A stretch of 64,000 nucleotides of DNA, taken from contig OZ193910.1 of assembly GCA_964276515.1 (NCBI GenBank), positions 1,798,001-1,862,000 of the forward strand, read 5' to 3'. The translations under genes were made by a program, and so were the position numbers. Numbering within the stretch: the first letter of the stretch is position 1; every line of letters begins with the position of its first letter. The DNA comes from Gordius albopunctatus. Its lineage: Eukaryota. Positions 37,401 to 52,400 of this stretch are shown piece by piece. The notes beneath the pieces were generated by a model, which saw only the letters and a program-made list of their open reading frames with translations, had not been told where the DNA came from and made no database searches.

Positions 37401-40400
37401 GCAAAAGGAGTATTTTTAGAAATTGTAGCCACAATTAAAATAAATTTCTACAAGTTTTTGCATCACATTAGACTGCTTAAAGGTGTATTACTTGCTAAAT
37501 TGGTCTGGATAGAGGTATTTAACGCATTGCTTGAAGTGAGCATCTTTAAGGTGTCTGATAAGGCGACCGTGGGTTATGAAAGGTTTGCCCCGCTCCTTAT
37601 GATCTTTACTACCATTTCTACAGCAACCGTTCCAGCCACAACCGTATTCGCCCTCGGCTAAAATCCGCAAAATCGTAAAATTTTTATTAGCAAAAAAACG
37701 AGATTATTAAAAGAATAAAACTTAAATGGAAACTAAAAACCTTGCGTTTAAATCAAAAATCAATGAAAAAACCCCAAAATCATAAAATTTTTATCGGCAA
37801 AAAACGAGATTTTAAAAGCATAAAACTTAAATGGAAACTAAAAACCTTGCGTTCAAATCGAAAACCAATCAAGAAATGTCATTTTTAAAGCTCGAAAATC
37901 GATTTCAAAAGCGCCTCTAGCTGAAGATTTCCGAATTTGATAGAGCTAATTTAATGATGTAAAAAGTTTCAATTAGGAGTTGGAGCTTAGACCGCATAAA
38001 AGTGGGAAAAAGTTGGTGGTAAAGATAATCAAATAAAAAATCTACTGCCCTCATTTATACATCATTCGTACAAATATTATAGCCTTTATCGTAGTAGAAT
38101 TGATTGGGAAGGTGAATTGAAGTGATTTCGAAATATAAAAAAAGTCACGCGCACAGACTCTAACAACTAATGTTGTAAAAATGGCATGTTTCCCTTGGTC
38201 TACCCTTAATTCAAAAGAGTAACAGTCTGACTCTTGTCTGTTTTTCATATTTCGACTCAGCCTGGCGGTCTCTTGAGAAAGACAGAGACCAAAATACCTT
38301 TGGCCTCTAAATCATGTTTCATCGACTCAAACCCAAGGTCAACCATACAAAGCCCAGCCATTTTTACAACAACACTACACTCCGAACTCTAGTAATGAGT
38401 CCCTAAGAGCGGTCTAGCAAACTCCGAGCCCCACTATGAATAAAATTCGTAAAAATTGATTGCTACCTTGAAACATAGTCGCAGATCAGGGAAAAAACAA
38501 ACGTTAAAATTACGGTTTAACAACTAAAAGTGTGCTAATAAAAGAGATGAGATGACATTTTTCGTTGAAGAGGCGGGCGGGTTTACCATTGGCTTGTATG
38601 TGATCGCTTTGTGCTGCAAAGTGGTCAATAAGATCGTTTTCGTCTTCGAATTGAAATGTACAGGCGTTCCAATCGCACGCGTACACGCGAGTTAGGAGCC
38701 CCGAATTATTTTGAACTAAAAGACGGTGGTAAAAAGGTGGATTTTTTAGTGTCGTTGCCAAGTTTTTTCCAATTATTTTGCAAAGTTTTAAAGGTATATC
38801 CTAGTTTTATCATCAATGCCAATTTCTTTAAACGTTTTTTCTAAGTTTCTCTCAAAGTTTTCTACGGAAATTGTCATTTTAATAAATATATTTATCCTCG
38901 TTATTTTATTATCAATGTCTTATGGGTTCATAATGAATTATAAATTAAAAGAAATTATACCAGTAGAACCGTGGCCGTTCTTTTTGAGTGCTTTGCTTTT
39001 GCGTATGAGTTTAAGCACGCGTTTAGATAATCTGGGGTGGGTATTGGCCTGGGCGGGACTAGATTCGATGCCCAGCGATGGTAGGGGGGCAGGGGGGTAT
39101 TCATTACCCCCACCACCAGCTATTAGGGTAGTCATGAGCTTATCGTAATCGATAGAGGCACCGGGGGCCAAACTCACCCCTTGACTACTGACCAAACTAA
39201 TGACGCTACTCCTGAGCTCAGCCGCCCGCCGATTCGCCTTCTCTTCGTATACAGCTTTTTGGGCCGGGCTCAATTTTTTCCATTCATTTCCTATAACTTT
39301 GCTGCAGGCGATTTTCGTTGAGCAATAGTTTCAAAAAATTTAGACAATTTTATGGATAACCATGGTCGTAGCCAAAGATTCGTCACCACCCTTAATTCCA
39401 ACCCCTTTCATCAAACAGATCTTATAAATATGGGGAGAGGGGAAATACATTAAGTAAGGCGTCAGAGGACAATCGAAAAGTGCATTGAGTAAAAAGACAG
39501 AAGAAACGTGACAAAAAATGACAGCAAAAAAGTAAAAACGACATATTGATTTCAACGTTAAGAATCGATAAATAATTACCTAATGTCACCAAACATGAGG
39601 TCAGGGTAGGTGTCCATTACAACCTTTCGGCGCTCCCCCGAGAATACGATGTATCCACTAGGCTTAGCCTTGCGTTGAATCTAAATATTAAAGATTAATT
39701 ACAAATTTAAATTTTTTATATAATGAAGGGTAAAGTAACAAAAATTTAATAAAAAAGGATGTTAAAGGCTGAAATAAACGCCTATGCTGGTGTTAGATCT
39801 AGATAAGTCTTAAAATATCAAAGTAAATTTGTGTTATAGATTTCTAAGCATCCCATCATTTTTCACAAAAGTTCCCGGTATTGCCTTTATACCACTTCGC
39901 CTCCATGGAGGGCCAAGCTTAATTTTGTAAAGCGTATCGTCCGAAAATTATTAGTTGCAAGGCTTAAATAGTGCCTTCCATATCTTCCCCTCACCATTTA
40001 CGCCTACATACGTAGAAAATTATGATATAGTCCTAAAATCCGTGGGCTTAGCCAGCATTGAAATTAGAGGGGGGCAATGATGATTTAGGGATGAGAAAAA
40101 ACAACATTTTTTGAAATTTTAGTCATAATTTTTAACAAATTTATTGATTTAGAGAGGGGCAGCCGCCCCTCCCCCCCCCGGCTACGTCCATGCTAAACTT
40201 GGTCGTTCTGAGTTGCTCAAGAGGAAAGGGAAGTAGATGACATAAGAATCGCATCGCACAGCAATTAATAAAATGGAAAGCACAAATCTTAAAAGTTCGT
40301 TCTTTAACTGCCTTCAATGTGGACCAAATCATCCTGCTGCTTAATTCAAAAATTTCTAAATTTCTACCATGTATAATTTTCTGATAAGTTACGTATTTAA

Positions 40401-43400
40401 AATCGTCGTCGTCGATCATAATCGAACCGGGGGATGGGTTTTGGTTACTGGGCGGCCAACCGGACTTGTTTGTCCCGGGTGGGTTTTTGACCACACCCGT
40501 TTTGCTTTGTGCTGAGCTGCTGGGGCTATTACCGTAGGCGTTACCGAAAAAAACTTCTTTGAGCGATGGAGTTCCCACAGATCCCATAATTTCTATTCGA
40601 GTAGCGTTTTGGTCAATTTGCGTTTTGGGCCCCAAATCCCCGGCTGTATCGTTAGCTAGTAGATCCGACAGAGTAGAAGCATTCCCTTCATGCCCCACCA
40701 CGGTCATCTGTTGAGCCTGCTTATCATGTAATATAATGGATTTTCAAATTATGAACAAGATGTTGTTGAAAGGTACCCTTGGTTCAACTAACACTAACGA
40801 CCGAATCTGGTCTCTTTTTTCAAAATTCGACTAAGCCTACGGGTTGAGTAAGAAAAAAAGACCAAAAAACCTTTGATCCGTTTATTTACAACACTAGTTG
40901 GAGTGTTTTATAACCGTTAGTTACTCATATTTAAGTCACGATGATATTGGAAAAACACTTGTAACCTAACTGGACGAACAGATAAAGTTAGAGCTTCAAT
41001 TTGGATGTAGAAAGGCTGTAAAGTTATGGTGTAAGTTAAAGACCTGCACGGGTGACCTGAAACCCAACCAGACCCGATAAGGTGACTTTGCAGTTCTCTA
41101 GTGTAAATGGAGTAAAATCTAGGAAGTTTCTTATAAAATAGGGCTCATTCATAACGGATTTGAAACCCGGATTTTAGGGCACCTAAGATCAAAAAGTTCG
41201 CTGGAATCAGGCATTATTAAGTGAAAACTTGAGAATGGATTATAAAGTGAGTAAAATCTTTTTAAGAGCATTAAAAATATATAATTACGTAGAGAGGCAA
41301 TTCGTTATAAATTCCATTACGATAAGCAAGTAATACATCAATATTTGAAATAAAACAATACTTATATCTTAAAAAAATAAACAAATTTAATATATTTCAC
41401 TATTTTACAATCGCAAATTCCTGTAAATATTTGGAGCCAGCATAAAAACAATATGAGCAAACATGGGCGTAGTCATAATGATTTATGGAGTCGTAAAATG
41501 ACCATTTTCCAAATTTTAGCCATAAATTTTTGGATTTAGAGGGGGGGGGCAGCCGCCCCGTTACCCACACTTTATCCAATGCTCACATAACAAATATATT
41601 TTGACTTGAACCATCTGTCTTTTTAATAAATCGCAGGGTCAATCAATATTTAAAAAGACGCGAAATTTCAATGCAAAAAACAGTGAAACTTGTGCATTTA
41701 ACAACGCTATTACCATGTTATTATGGGTCGTAGATAAGGCCGCTACGTCAAAATGATACCATTCATCCCAAATCTCCGCTGCTCCAATTTCTACGATATT
41801 TCCGTTGCCCACCGATTTGCTAGGCCCCATCTAAAATAACGGTTCCACGGTGGAATCGATGAATAAAAAAACTAAGATTTGCTCATTTTTGCCGAGGGAA
41901 AAATGGAAATAGTTTCGATTTGCCCGAGTTATTTCGCGAAAAACAATCTAGAGTTGACGACGGAGCATTGCGAACTTGAACGCGATGGGAAAAGGTGAAC
42001 TTAGAAGAAGAGACGTATATTATATTCAGCTTATTTAAGAAGATAGCCTCACTTAAAAACAATTACCTCGGGGTACATGTTGTCGTAGAGGATGGGGACT
42101 ATGCTATTCAAAGTGTAAAGCTGTTGTCGGTGTTGTTGTATTTCGTCGCCACTGTAATTGTCATTTATATCATCGCCCTGGGGCACCGTAAATTGGTACC
42201 GACAAACGTGTATGTCAACTTCCCCGATTTCGGTAGGCCACCCTGAAGCAGGAAAAATATGTCAACAAATTTGACCGAGCGCCACCATGAAATATACAAG
42301 GAGTGAAGCGTGGTTTGAGCAAAAAAATGTTAGTTTTACCTTGAAAAGTCTCGTAAACTAAGAAAATTTAAATCACAGCGTTGAGCTGAAGCTCTGAGCG
42401 GCAAAAAATATTTTAAATTGGCTATTTTTCAACATTGAAGTAAAAGAACGCTATAAATGAGACAGCTTTGACCAAGTTTAAGCAATCGAAAAGATCCCTA
42501 TAATTGTGAATTAGTAAAAAAATCTAATTTTTTGGATTTGGAAAAGGGAGCCAAGGTAGAGAATGTAATAAAACCTCTAATTCCCTGATCTTTATGTGAA
42601 AAAATCAAAATAAGTTTAAAATTTTAAACATGATATAAATGCATTTGCATGCCGGACTAAACGTTAAAACGAAAAAATAAGAGGGGGAGTGCCGGGGTCT
42701 TTAGCACTAAGGGAAAAACCTTGAGGGACGTTGAAATTGATGGATATACTAAACATGATAAATAAATAAAAAATACTTTTGGAAAAGGTGTCAGCTCCAA
42801 GCACCACAACCTTTTTCACAATTTCTGCGCCCAGAAAATTGTTAGGGGTAACATTTTCAAAGGGCGGGGCCGATACGTGCCCGAGGGGTGAAGGAAATTC
42901 TGGGGGGACAGGATGATGGGGCGGTAGTAAAAAGACATCTTTAGCATTGCGAGGGTACTCCTGATCAGGCGTGTCCGCGTGAAAAAGAAAACACAAGTTG
43001 CCACTTGCTTGGAGTGGGGCCGTCGAACTATTAACAAACCAAACTAAATATCACAAATGATATTATGATGGTCCACACAATTTTTTTTGTTCCTCTCGGT
43101 TAAAAAGTTTATTTTGTACGAAACAAAGTTACATACATGAGTGTAATACAAAAAGAAAGAAAGAAAGATATATATATATATATTGGTTAAATACAAAAAT
43201 CTGCATCGATATCTTTTAAAATGGGCCATGAGTCGGGAGAGATTTATAAGGGGTTGTAGAGCACAACACAAGAATCCCTAGTTGTTGCCTGAGTAAAGGA
43301 GGCGCCAATTTTAGATTCCGTATATGCCTTGGTCTCATTTTCTTCAAAAGACCTCTCATGCGAGCGGGGTGTGGTATACACCGACCACTAGTGTATCATT

Positions 43401-46400
43401 TTGTAATAGGGACTCGGGTGGACAGACCATTAGATATGCTTACGGGGGTGTCAGGTAGTTGTCATTATCAACAACACGCCGTTTCATCTTCTCTGCAGCC
43501 AATCATATAAGTGATTTAAGCTAGTGTTGCAATTCTGGGTTTTGGTTTCAATAAGATTAATACCACCCAGCCATTTTTGCAACACTAATATAATAAGCTT
43601 TGGCGCTTTTATCCAAGTATTAGGATCACGGGAGGAAGGGGATCATTAAAAAGGGAACTTTTCGCTAAGGAAGCGCATCTCCAATAGGCTATTATGATGT
43701 TTGCTCCTTACAACATGCGTAGATTTAACAAGACGCGGCAGTTAACAACTTAAATATTTCCAACTTTTCCCGGCCCGAAATCGACTAAAAAGGTTCAAGC
43801 CGGCCCGGGTCGAGTCAATGAAAACTCACCCATCTGCCCGATCTTCCCTGTAAATCGACTCTACGCGCATCACATATTGCCTGTATCGGTTGTTGATTAT
43901 CGCATTGCTCCCGCTATTGCCACCGTTGTTATTCGAGTTGACGAGAGCGTAATCACCGACCTAAGGAAGGTATTACCCCAAAAATTAACTCCATTTCCCA
44001 GTAGTTTCTTCAAATATTTCAGTAAATTATACTTTGCCCGAGATAAAATTGCAAAAATCTCTAGCTCAAACATACAACATTCGAGAGTTCGATCGGTATG
44101 GGTTTAACAAAAGGCAGGACAACAGAAAATGAATAAATTGTGTATATTTCCTCCAAATACAACCATAATAAATGTGAAATCATATTTTAAAAAACTGTTG
44201 TACGGTATAGAGCCCGTTGTTACTTTCAAGTTAATGGCCGGCCTATTGAAAGTGTCGGAGCGGGGCCACCACGCGCTCGTGTAATAAATTAAATTTTGGC
44301 CATCGCCTTTAACGTCGCCCAACGCTTCTTCAATATCCTGCAAAAGAGTACACAGACCCTTTAAAATGCATCCTAAAACCCATTGATTTAACCACAAATT
44401 CACGAAATATAATATATATTTAGAGTGCGATGATTGCTGTCATATATGTGAATACACGAGTAACGAACATTTTAATTCAGTACAACTTTTATTTGTGTAT
44501 ACATCCTTATCTACAGATTATATTATCGCTATAATTATATATTTTAATATCGTAAGCCAAAGCCGAGTTGGTAAAATCATATGTTTTGATAGGCACGACC
44601 ATTTTTTCCCTTTGTTCACATTTCGCGTCCCATCCCCTGGCCTTAATAAAGATTTTATAATTGGCATAAAATATAATCCTATCTTAATCATTTATTATCT
44701 TTAATTCTATATTGTTGCATTAGGATGAAACTTTTCCTATTTTATACATCACCCTATTAGTATAACACTACCAACGACGGTCCCAAGTCCGTGTGAAAAA
44801 AAGTGGAGGGTTGGCGTCAGGTCGGAAGCCGGCTGTAAAAAGCAACTCCAAACACCATGGCAGCTTCAAATACGAACTTATACCAGAATGCTAGGGCGTC
44901 CTCCCCAAACGACGCGCATTGCATCATCCACCCGTGCAATGTGAAAAGTATACAAGGGTCACCGCCTCACTCACAACGAAGGCGGTTAAGGAACCTAGTT
45001 GTCGAACGGACAAGAGTGGCTAGCTGGAATGTTGGCACGCTGACGGGGAAGAGCATCGAGGTTGCGCAGATGCTAAAAAGACGAAGGATACACATAGCGT
45101 GTCTACAAGAAACACGGTGGCATGGAACAAAAGCCAGGGAGCTAGGAGATGGTTACAAGCTATACTACTCGGGTTCCCCATCACGGAAGAACGGGGTCGG
45201 TATAGTGCTTAGCGATTCCTTTAAGGACAAGGTAGTCGAAGTCAAACGATGCTCGGATAGATTGATGTGCATAAAGCTGGCGGATCAAGGCGGCCTTGTC
45301 AATGTTATTTGTGCGTATTCGCCCCAGGTTGGATGTTCCGAGAACGAGAAGTACGAATTCTATGAGAAGCTCGAAGAAGAAATACGCTACGTGAAGCCTG
45401 ACGAGAATCTCATCATCGGAGCAGACTTTAATGGGCACGTTGGGAAAGAAAGGGGCGTGTACGAACGAAATCACGGCGGGCATGGCTATGGAGTGAAAAA
45501 TAAAGAGGGAGAGAAGTTACTACAGATGGCGCAAGCTTACGATATGGCCATTGTGAATACCTTCTTTCAGAAGCGTACCGAACATTTAGCGACGTACAGT
45601 AGTGGAAATCACCTTACACAGGTCGACTACATATTAGTGAAGCGCATAAATTTGTGGCAAGTTAAAGATTGCAAGGTTATACCGGGGGAAGAAATCGCCA
45701 AACAACATCGGCCAGTTGTCCTCGATATAGCAAGAAAGATTTTTCCCGTAAGGAGAAAAGTCTACACACCAAGGACAAAGTACGAAAAGCTTAAGGATGA
45801 TCATGCAAATGAAATGTTTCACACTCGAGCAACTCCGCTCTTGAAGGTTGCAGGCTTGGAGGGCGACATTAACAAAAGGTGGGGCACCGTTGCAAATGTT
45901 CTAAAGGAAACGGCCTTACAAATATTGGGACGAACTAAGGGCGGCAGAGCTCACAAGCGTGAACTATGGTGGTGGAATGACTCGGTCAAAGAGGTTATAG
46001 AAGAAAAGAAGGCGTTGTACCTACGATGGTACAAAACGAAGAAAGGAGAAGACTACGAGGCATATCGTGAAGCGAAACGCAAAGCTAAGATAGCGGTCGC
46101 GATAGCGAAGAACAACGCTTACACCGAGATGGCAAACAAGCTCGATACCAAGGGCGGCGACATAGTCATGTATAAACTCGCAAAGATCAGGGAGAAAAAA
46201 AGTCAAGATGTCGGGACACTTAAAGTCATTAAAAGCGAAGAGGGACGAACGTTGTGCAAACCGAAGGAAGTCATCAAAAGATGGAAAGATTATTTCCAAA
46301 ATATGATGAACAAAACAAATGATAGAAGACCGCTAGAGAGGGTGGAACCGAACTCGAACTTGGTTTTACCATTTCAGGCTTATGAAATAGGAGCACAACT

Positions 46401-49400
46401 AACGAAGATGCGGAAAGGGAAAGCGCTAGGTCCCGATGATCTACCGATCGAAGCTTGGCTTGGGTGCAAAGGAGAAGGAATCGACATAATGACAGGCCTA
46501 TTTAACGCTATGCTGTATGAGAGTCGTATCCCTGACCAATGGAGGGAAAGTACGATCATACCCATATACAAAGGTAAAGGAGACGCGCAGGAATGTGGCA
46601 ACTTTAGAGGTATCAAGTTGACCTGCCACTCACTAAAACTACTAGAAAGGGTGCTAGTGAAAAGGCTCAATGACGAAGTTTGTCTCTCGCCCAATCAGTT
46701 TGGATTTGTGGCCGGTAAATCAACGATGGACCCAATCTTTGCGTTGAAGCAGACGATGGAAAAATATGGCGACATAAGAAAGAAATTACACATGGTCTTC
46801 ATCGATTTAGAAAAGGCCTACGATACGGTTCCGAGAGACTTAATATGGTGGTCCCTTAGAGCCAGAAATATACCCGAAGGATATGTTCGACTTATCAAGG
46901 AAATGTATAATGGCGCGGTTGCATCTGTTAGGACTACCGTAGGAGTAACGAAACCCTTCCGAATAATGATCGGACTACATCAAGGATCAGCGTTAAGCCC
47001 ATTCTTGTTTAATCTAATTATGGATACAATAACAAAGGACTTGCACAAGCCAGCCCCTTGGACTATGCTATATGCCGACGATATTGTCCTATGCGATGAA
47101 ACAAGAGAAGGGGTTTTTCATCAGGCGAAAAAATGGTCAGAACGTTTCTCGGAATTCGGGTTAAAGGTCAGCGAGAAGAAAACGGTTTACATGCAAACGA
47201 TGGGCGGTACTCCGCAAATGCACAAAATTGAAGGTCCAAGGTACACGGAGGTTGATAAGTTCACATATCTTGGCTCGCTATTACATCAAGAGGGAGGATG
47301 TACCGCCGAAGTCCATTCTCGGATCAAGAAAGCATGGCTCAAGTGGCGCAGCATCTCCGGTGTCATGTGTGACAAAAAGATACCAATTTGGTTGAAAAGC
47401 AAGGCGTACAAAACCATCGTGCGTCCGGTCTTGCTTTACGGGAGCGAAACATGGGCTGTAACCAGCGCGGAGGAGAAACTCTTGCAAGTCACGGAAATGA
47501 GAATGGTGCGATGGAGCTTAGGCTACACCAAGCTGGATCGCATGACGAACGAATCCTTGATGACAAAGATGGGTATACAAGCGACGAAGGACTTCTTAAG
47601 AGAAAATCGACTGCGGTGGTACGGCCATGTATTACGAAGAGACGAAGACGATGTCACACGCCGAACGCTGGAGATGGACGTGCCTGGAAGAAGAGGAAGG
47701 GGCAGACCACGTGCCACCTGGAAACGACTGGTCGAAAAGGATATGGACGCCAAACAGATGGAAATTGGGATGGCATTCACACGACTCAGATGGAAGAGGC
47801 TGCTGAAAACGTACCCCACGTCTGTGGGATTTTCAACACGATAAAGAAGAAGAAGAAGACCCTATTAGTATATACTAGATGAACCAGCCGGCAAACGTTG
47901 TTTTGCCATTTACCCGGGTCTATCAAATTATGTTGCAATTTTACGGCATACATGATGGATGAAAGAGCGGTTATTGTTAGAGGTGTGCACGGATCAATCC
48001 GATCCGTGCACACCTCGGAACGGATCAACATTTTATTTTAGTCGGATCGGATCGGATACAATAATAATTAAATTAATAATTTTCCGTATACCTTTTCGTA
48101 ATTATCTTTGCATTCTTTTTTTACTTTACCATTTTTGATGCCCAATACCACCTCCTTACCCCCAAAATGACTTTGATTCATGGGCGTACCCCTCCCCCTA
48201 ATTAGTCAGGGGAGGGCGGCTGCCCCCTGCGGGTCTCAGGAAAAATTTAGGAATTTAGTAGTCCAAGACCTTTTTTTTGCTCTCATGAAAATTTTTGGAT
48301 AGTCGCGAAAATTTTTTTTTATCTGCCCCATCCCCCTTAATTCAAAACCTGCTTATTATAAAATAATACCATTATTTTATTTTTCTAGTTAGCTGATTTA
48401 TTTGAAATACGATTTTCTTTAATATAATAAAATAATTAATTGAAGGATGGATAATTATTAAAAATATGCTTCCATCATCGACCACGTGATAATAATTTAA
48501 ATATTATTTATTTAATTTAAATAGTTGCTAAAACATCAATAATTTTGACCGTAGACTGTAAAATTTTTATTATACCTTTAAATATCTAATTTGAGAAAAC
48601 TTCAGCCTTGTATATATGACGTCAGTATTGTATATGCTGCTATAAATTAAACTGGCCGGGAAATGTGCGATATTTTTAAAACTAAAAGGAATTTTAGGAA
48701 TCTGAAAAGGCTATTTTACCCCTGGCCGCCCTGGGCATCTACGGTTAAATTTTCGCTCGTAACGGGTCGGTAGTTTCAGAATTTAGCCCTTACATACATA
48801 CACACACATATATATATATATACATAGACTTTACTTTATATATATAGATTTATAAAACCTCTCTCAAAAAATGACTAAAAAAGTCCCTTGAAAATTGAAT
48901 ATCCAATTTTCTAACGCAACTCTTGACTAAGCAACTCAAAATAATCGTAAAAATATACAAAATCAACTAAAAAATGCGAAAATGATTAGGAAAAGCTACG
49001 AATTACCGAAAACTTGGAATTAGAGGGGTGCAATCATGACTTAGGAAGGGAACAAAAAAAACATTTTTCGAAATTTTAGCCCTAATTTCAATAATTTTCA
49101 ACCAATTTTTCGACTTGGCTACGCCCATGAAAACTAACCCTTTGTGGGGGTCGAGGGAAGGGTGGCACGTACGTATTGTCGTCCACAAATTCCGAGAACG
49201 ACTTATCCAAAAACATCGAAGGTACGGCCTTAACCATTTGAAAGGGGGTTTCACGGATCACGAATGTCACCCGATCTTTCCAGCCCGGATTATTGGCTGT
49301 GCAAACCGAAATGTGATTCCACATCTGGGAAAAATAATGATCATTTTTTACTTCATTGTTAAATAATCGCGATAAATAATATTTTTGTTTTTAACGCTGA

Positions 49401-52400
49401 AAAACGCAATTAAATTTGATTTTAGATTGATGATTTGATAAAGGATAAAAAAATAGAGAACTTTTCAATATTTTTGTAGAGTTATTTCTAGGAGATATAG
49501 GACGATATAAAAATGAACAGGAATATAACTAGTTTATATTTACTTTGTGATTTTTGATGGTAAAATATCGATTAAGTTGTTTGAGATGAACAGATCCTTT
49601 AAAAAGAAAAAATTAAAGAATAAGAAATTAGATTTGCTTTGCGCTGGGACACTATAGGTGAGTCTAATAAATTTTTTGCGAACGTTCATTGACAAATTTC
49701 AAATAGATGTCGGGTTAAAGTCAATATTTTGCAAAGATTTGATTTGTCGCTTACTCTATTTATTCAAAATCCTTGGGAAAATCCTAATTCCATCATTAAA
49801 ATTAACCAACAATACATACATGTATAGAATAATTACAAAACTAAGATTTAAAAAGTGCGCAAAAATTTACTTTCATTTTCTTGAAGGATTTCAACTTTGT
49901 ATTGTACCTAGCTTCGCACACGTATATATCCTTATTTTCGAATTCCTAAACAAACACAAACAAACGAACCACCAATAAAAGCAGAATTTGTGAATGATCC
50001 AATACAACTCAGGGCTTGTCTTAATATCGGATTCAGATTTAAATCGCGCCAATTTATCTTCATGCGTCAAACTCGGTTGTAATTTTATTAATATTTGGTT
50101 TTTCGATAGTTAAAAACGTTTTTTTTTGTTTATTTCAACTCCCGAGATTAAATCAAAACTTTGATGATACCGAAAAATTTAAAAAGATACAACATTTAAG
50201 CTTAGGAAACTTTTTGCATCTTACAAAATCGCTGTTATGTTATGTGTCTCGAATGTAAATCTGCTTTTATGAATTCGAAGTTAAGACACGTCTATGTCAT
50301 CACTCGTACGACGATTTTCGCTGCGCAGCGAAATCCGATATGAAGACGAGCCCTTAGATTCAACAACTATTAGTAAGAATGGCATACCAAAGGTCGGTAT
50401 TTGGAGTAATCTCGGATGAACATGACGCAACATTTGCCCACAACCTTATTCGCCGGCAATTTGTCGTAAAAATCGCTCTTGAAAACTTCCTAAGGTGTCT
50501 CCATCACATGGAAAAATAATTTTTAGGATCACACAAAAAACACGTTTTTCATAGACTAATCATGCGATGATGATTGTTCAGTCGATCTTTGATGGTCGAC
50601 CAAGCGTAAATAAACCAAGGATTTCACCCAAAAAACCTTTATTCCATTTATGTGACCAAGGGAAGCAGGCAAAAAATCTTTAGCCCGTTTATGTTGTCAA
50701 AAAACTAGGCGAGAAAGGCTGACAAACAGCTAGTCAAGCACACTCGTAGGCAGTATGATATGATGTACTCTAATGTATGTACTCCCTCTTCAAACCTAAG
50801 GGGAGGAAGGGGCTAAGTAAACGCGAATAAATTTAAGTATAGAGTTGAAGCAAAAGAGCTATAAGAATGGACCCATGGATGACACCTTAAACTACGGGAA
50901 TAAATCATCACTATTTTCGCTATAAATTATAAATGCCGCGGCCACGGGCTCCAAAAAGGTTAGAATGGGCATTTTTGCACCTACAACCTCGCCCATTGGA
51001 AAAACTAGCGCCGAATCCTGCATCAGAATTATAGGCCCGATTTCAGGATGGCGTTTTTGGGTAGATCTGTAAGATTAAGTAAGGGGTGCAGGCGGCCATG
51101 ATTGAAGGTAAGTAGAAGCAAACTAAACGCTATTCCTTTGAATGAATTTAACGAAAAGTTACGTATGGAAAGATAATTCTTTGCCACGTTCTTCTCATCA
51201 TTTCTTCAATCGATTTTGCAATTTTTTCCTACACAAATGCGCGTATTAAAAACCCTCGCCCATATAAAAGCAAATAGCAACTCATTGCCGCCAGTCTAAA
51301 GTATTAAGTCGCGCAATTGAAATCAAAATGGAAAAAGACATATACCCGTAAAATTGATAAAAAGTGTATGTAAAAATCGATAAAAAGAAATTTTAAGAGG
51401 CGTAATAAATTAAAAAAAGAAGGACGAGAGAGGAGAGAGCGGGGATCGAACCCACCTTCTCGTAAAACTTTCTTGAACTGTTGTGGTAGGTTTCATAGGG
51501 CCGATAAAACCAGCAGCCTTGCACCCATAGCTCCCCGGTGTCGGGATCTTTGGAGAATTGTTGAACGGACATTATATGCGGGTCTGGTATGCCTGGTTCA
51601 CTAAAATGTATTACATTCATTTTTTTTATAACTAATATAAATTTATTTCCAAACGATTATACGTATGATGATGATACATGCCCGAAATATATTGCATTTA
51701 TATATTCCTATATTAAACAAACGCCAACAAATAGCTTAAGAACCTAAATTATGCTATAAATTTTAAAAAATAAATAAATTAATATACTATTTAAAAATTT
51801 TCATATATTTTTTATTTTCTCTTAAATTTAAAAAATTATTTTTTTACAAATTGTCATGTCTATAATTGCTAATAAACCTAGGTGCCAGGTAAACAAAATC
51901 TCCCGGGTAATAAAGTGCTCCATTAACTTCGTATCCTTCCAAACTAGCCCCATTGTCGGTCATTCGTTTCTAAACAGTGTATTGGAAATAAAAATAATAT
52001 ATATATCATTTTTAATCGCTATAAAGACAAAGAAAGCAAAAACCAATTTTAGTGTCATTTATACAGTTCCCTACCTTTTGAACTTAAAATAAATCTTACC
52101 AGATGAGGTTACAAATCTTAAAATGATTCCGGGTTCGGGTTGAAAAAAGTGACTTTTCAGTTCTCTAGAGAGATCTAACATATCTTTTTATATTTTTTTT
52201 TAATCAATTTTTCAACAAATCTAACAAAAAAATTCTCGAAATACGATTAAACATATCAAACTCATAGACTGGTGAACAGCTGATTCGTGCATAAAGCTTT
52301 TAAAGTAACTAAATCCGCCATTTTGAATGAGATTCTTTCAATGTGAGCCTCATAGAATTCCCCAAACATGGCGCCCCACATTAGGGCTGAAAAACTTACG

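Noticed and set aside
45181..48031. Antisense and alternative-frame ORFs over the RTE
   Set aside because: Shadow ORFs of a GC-richer coding sequence.
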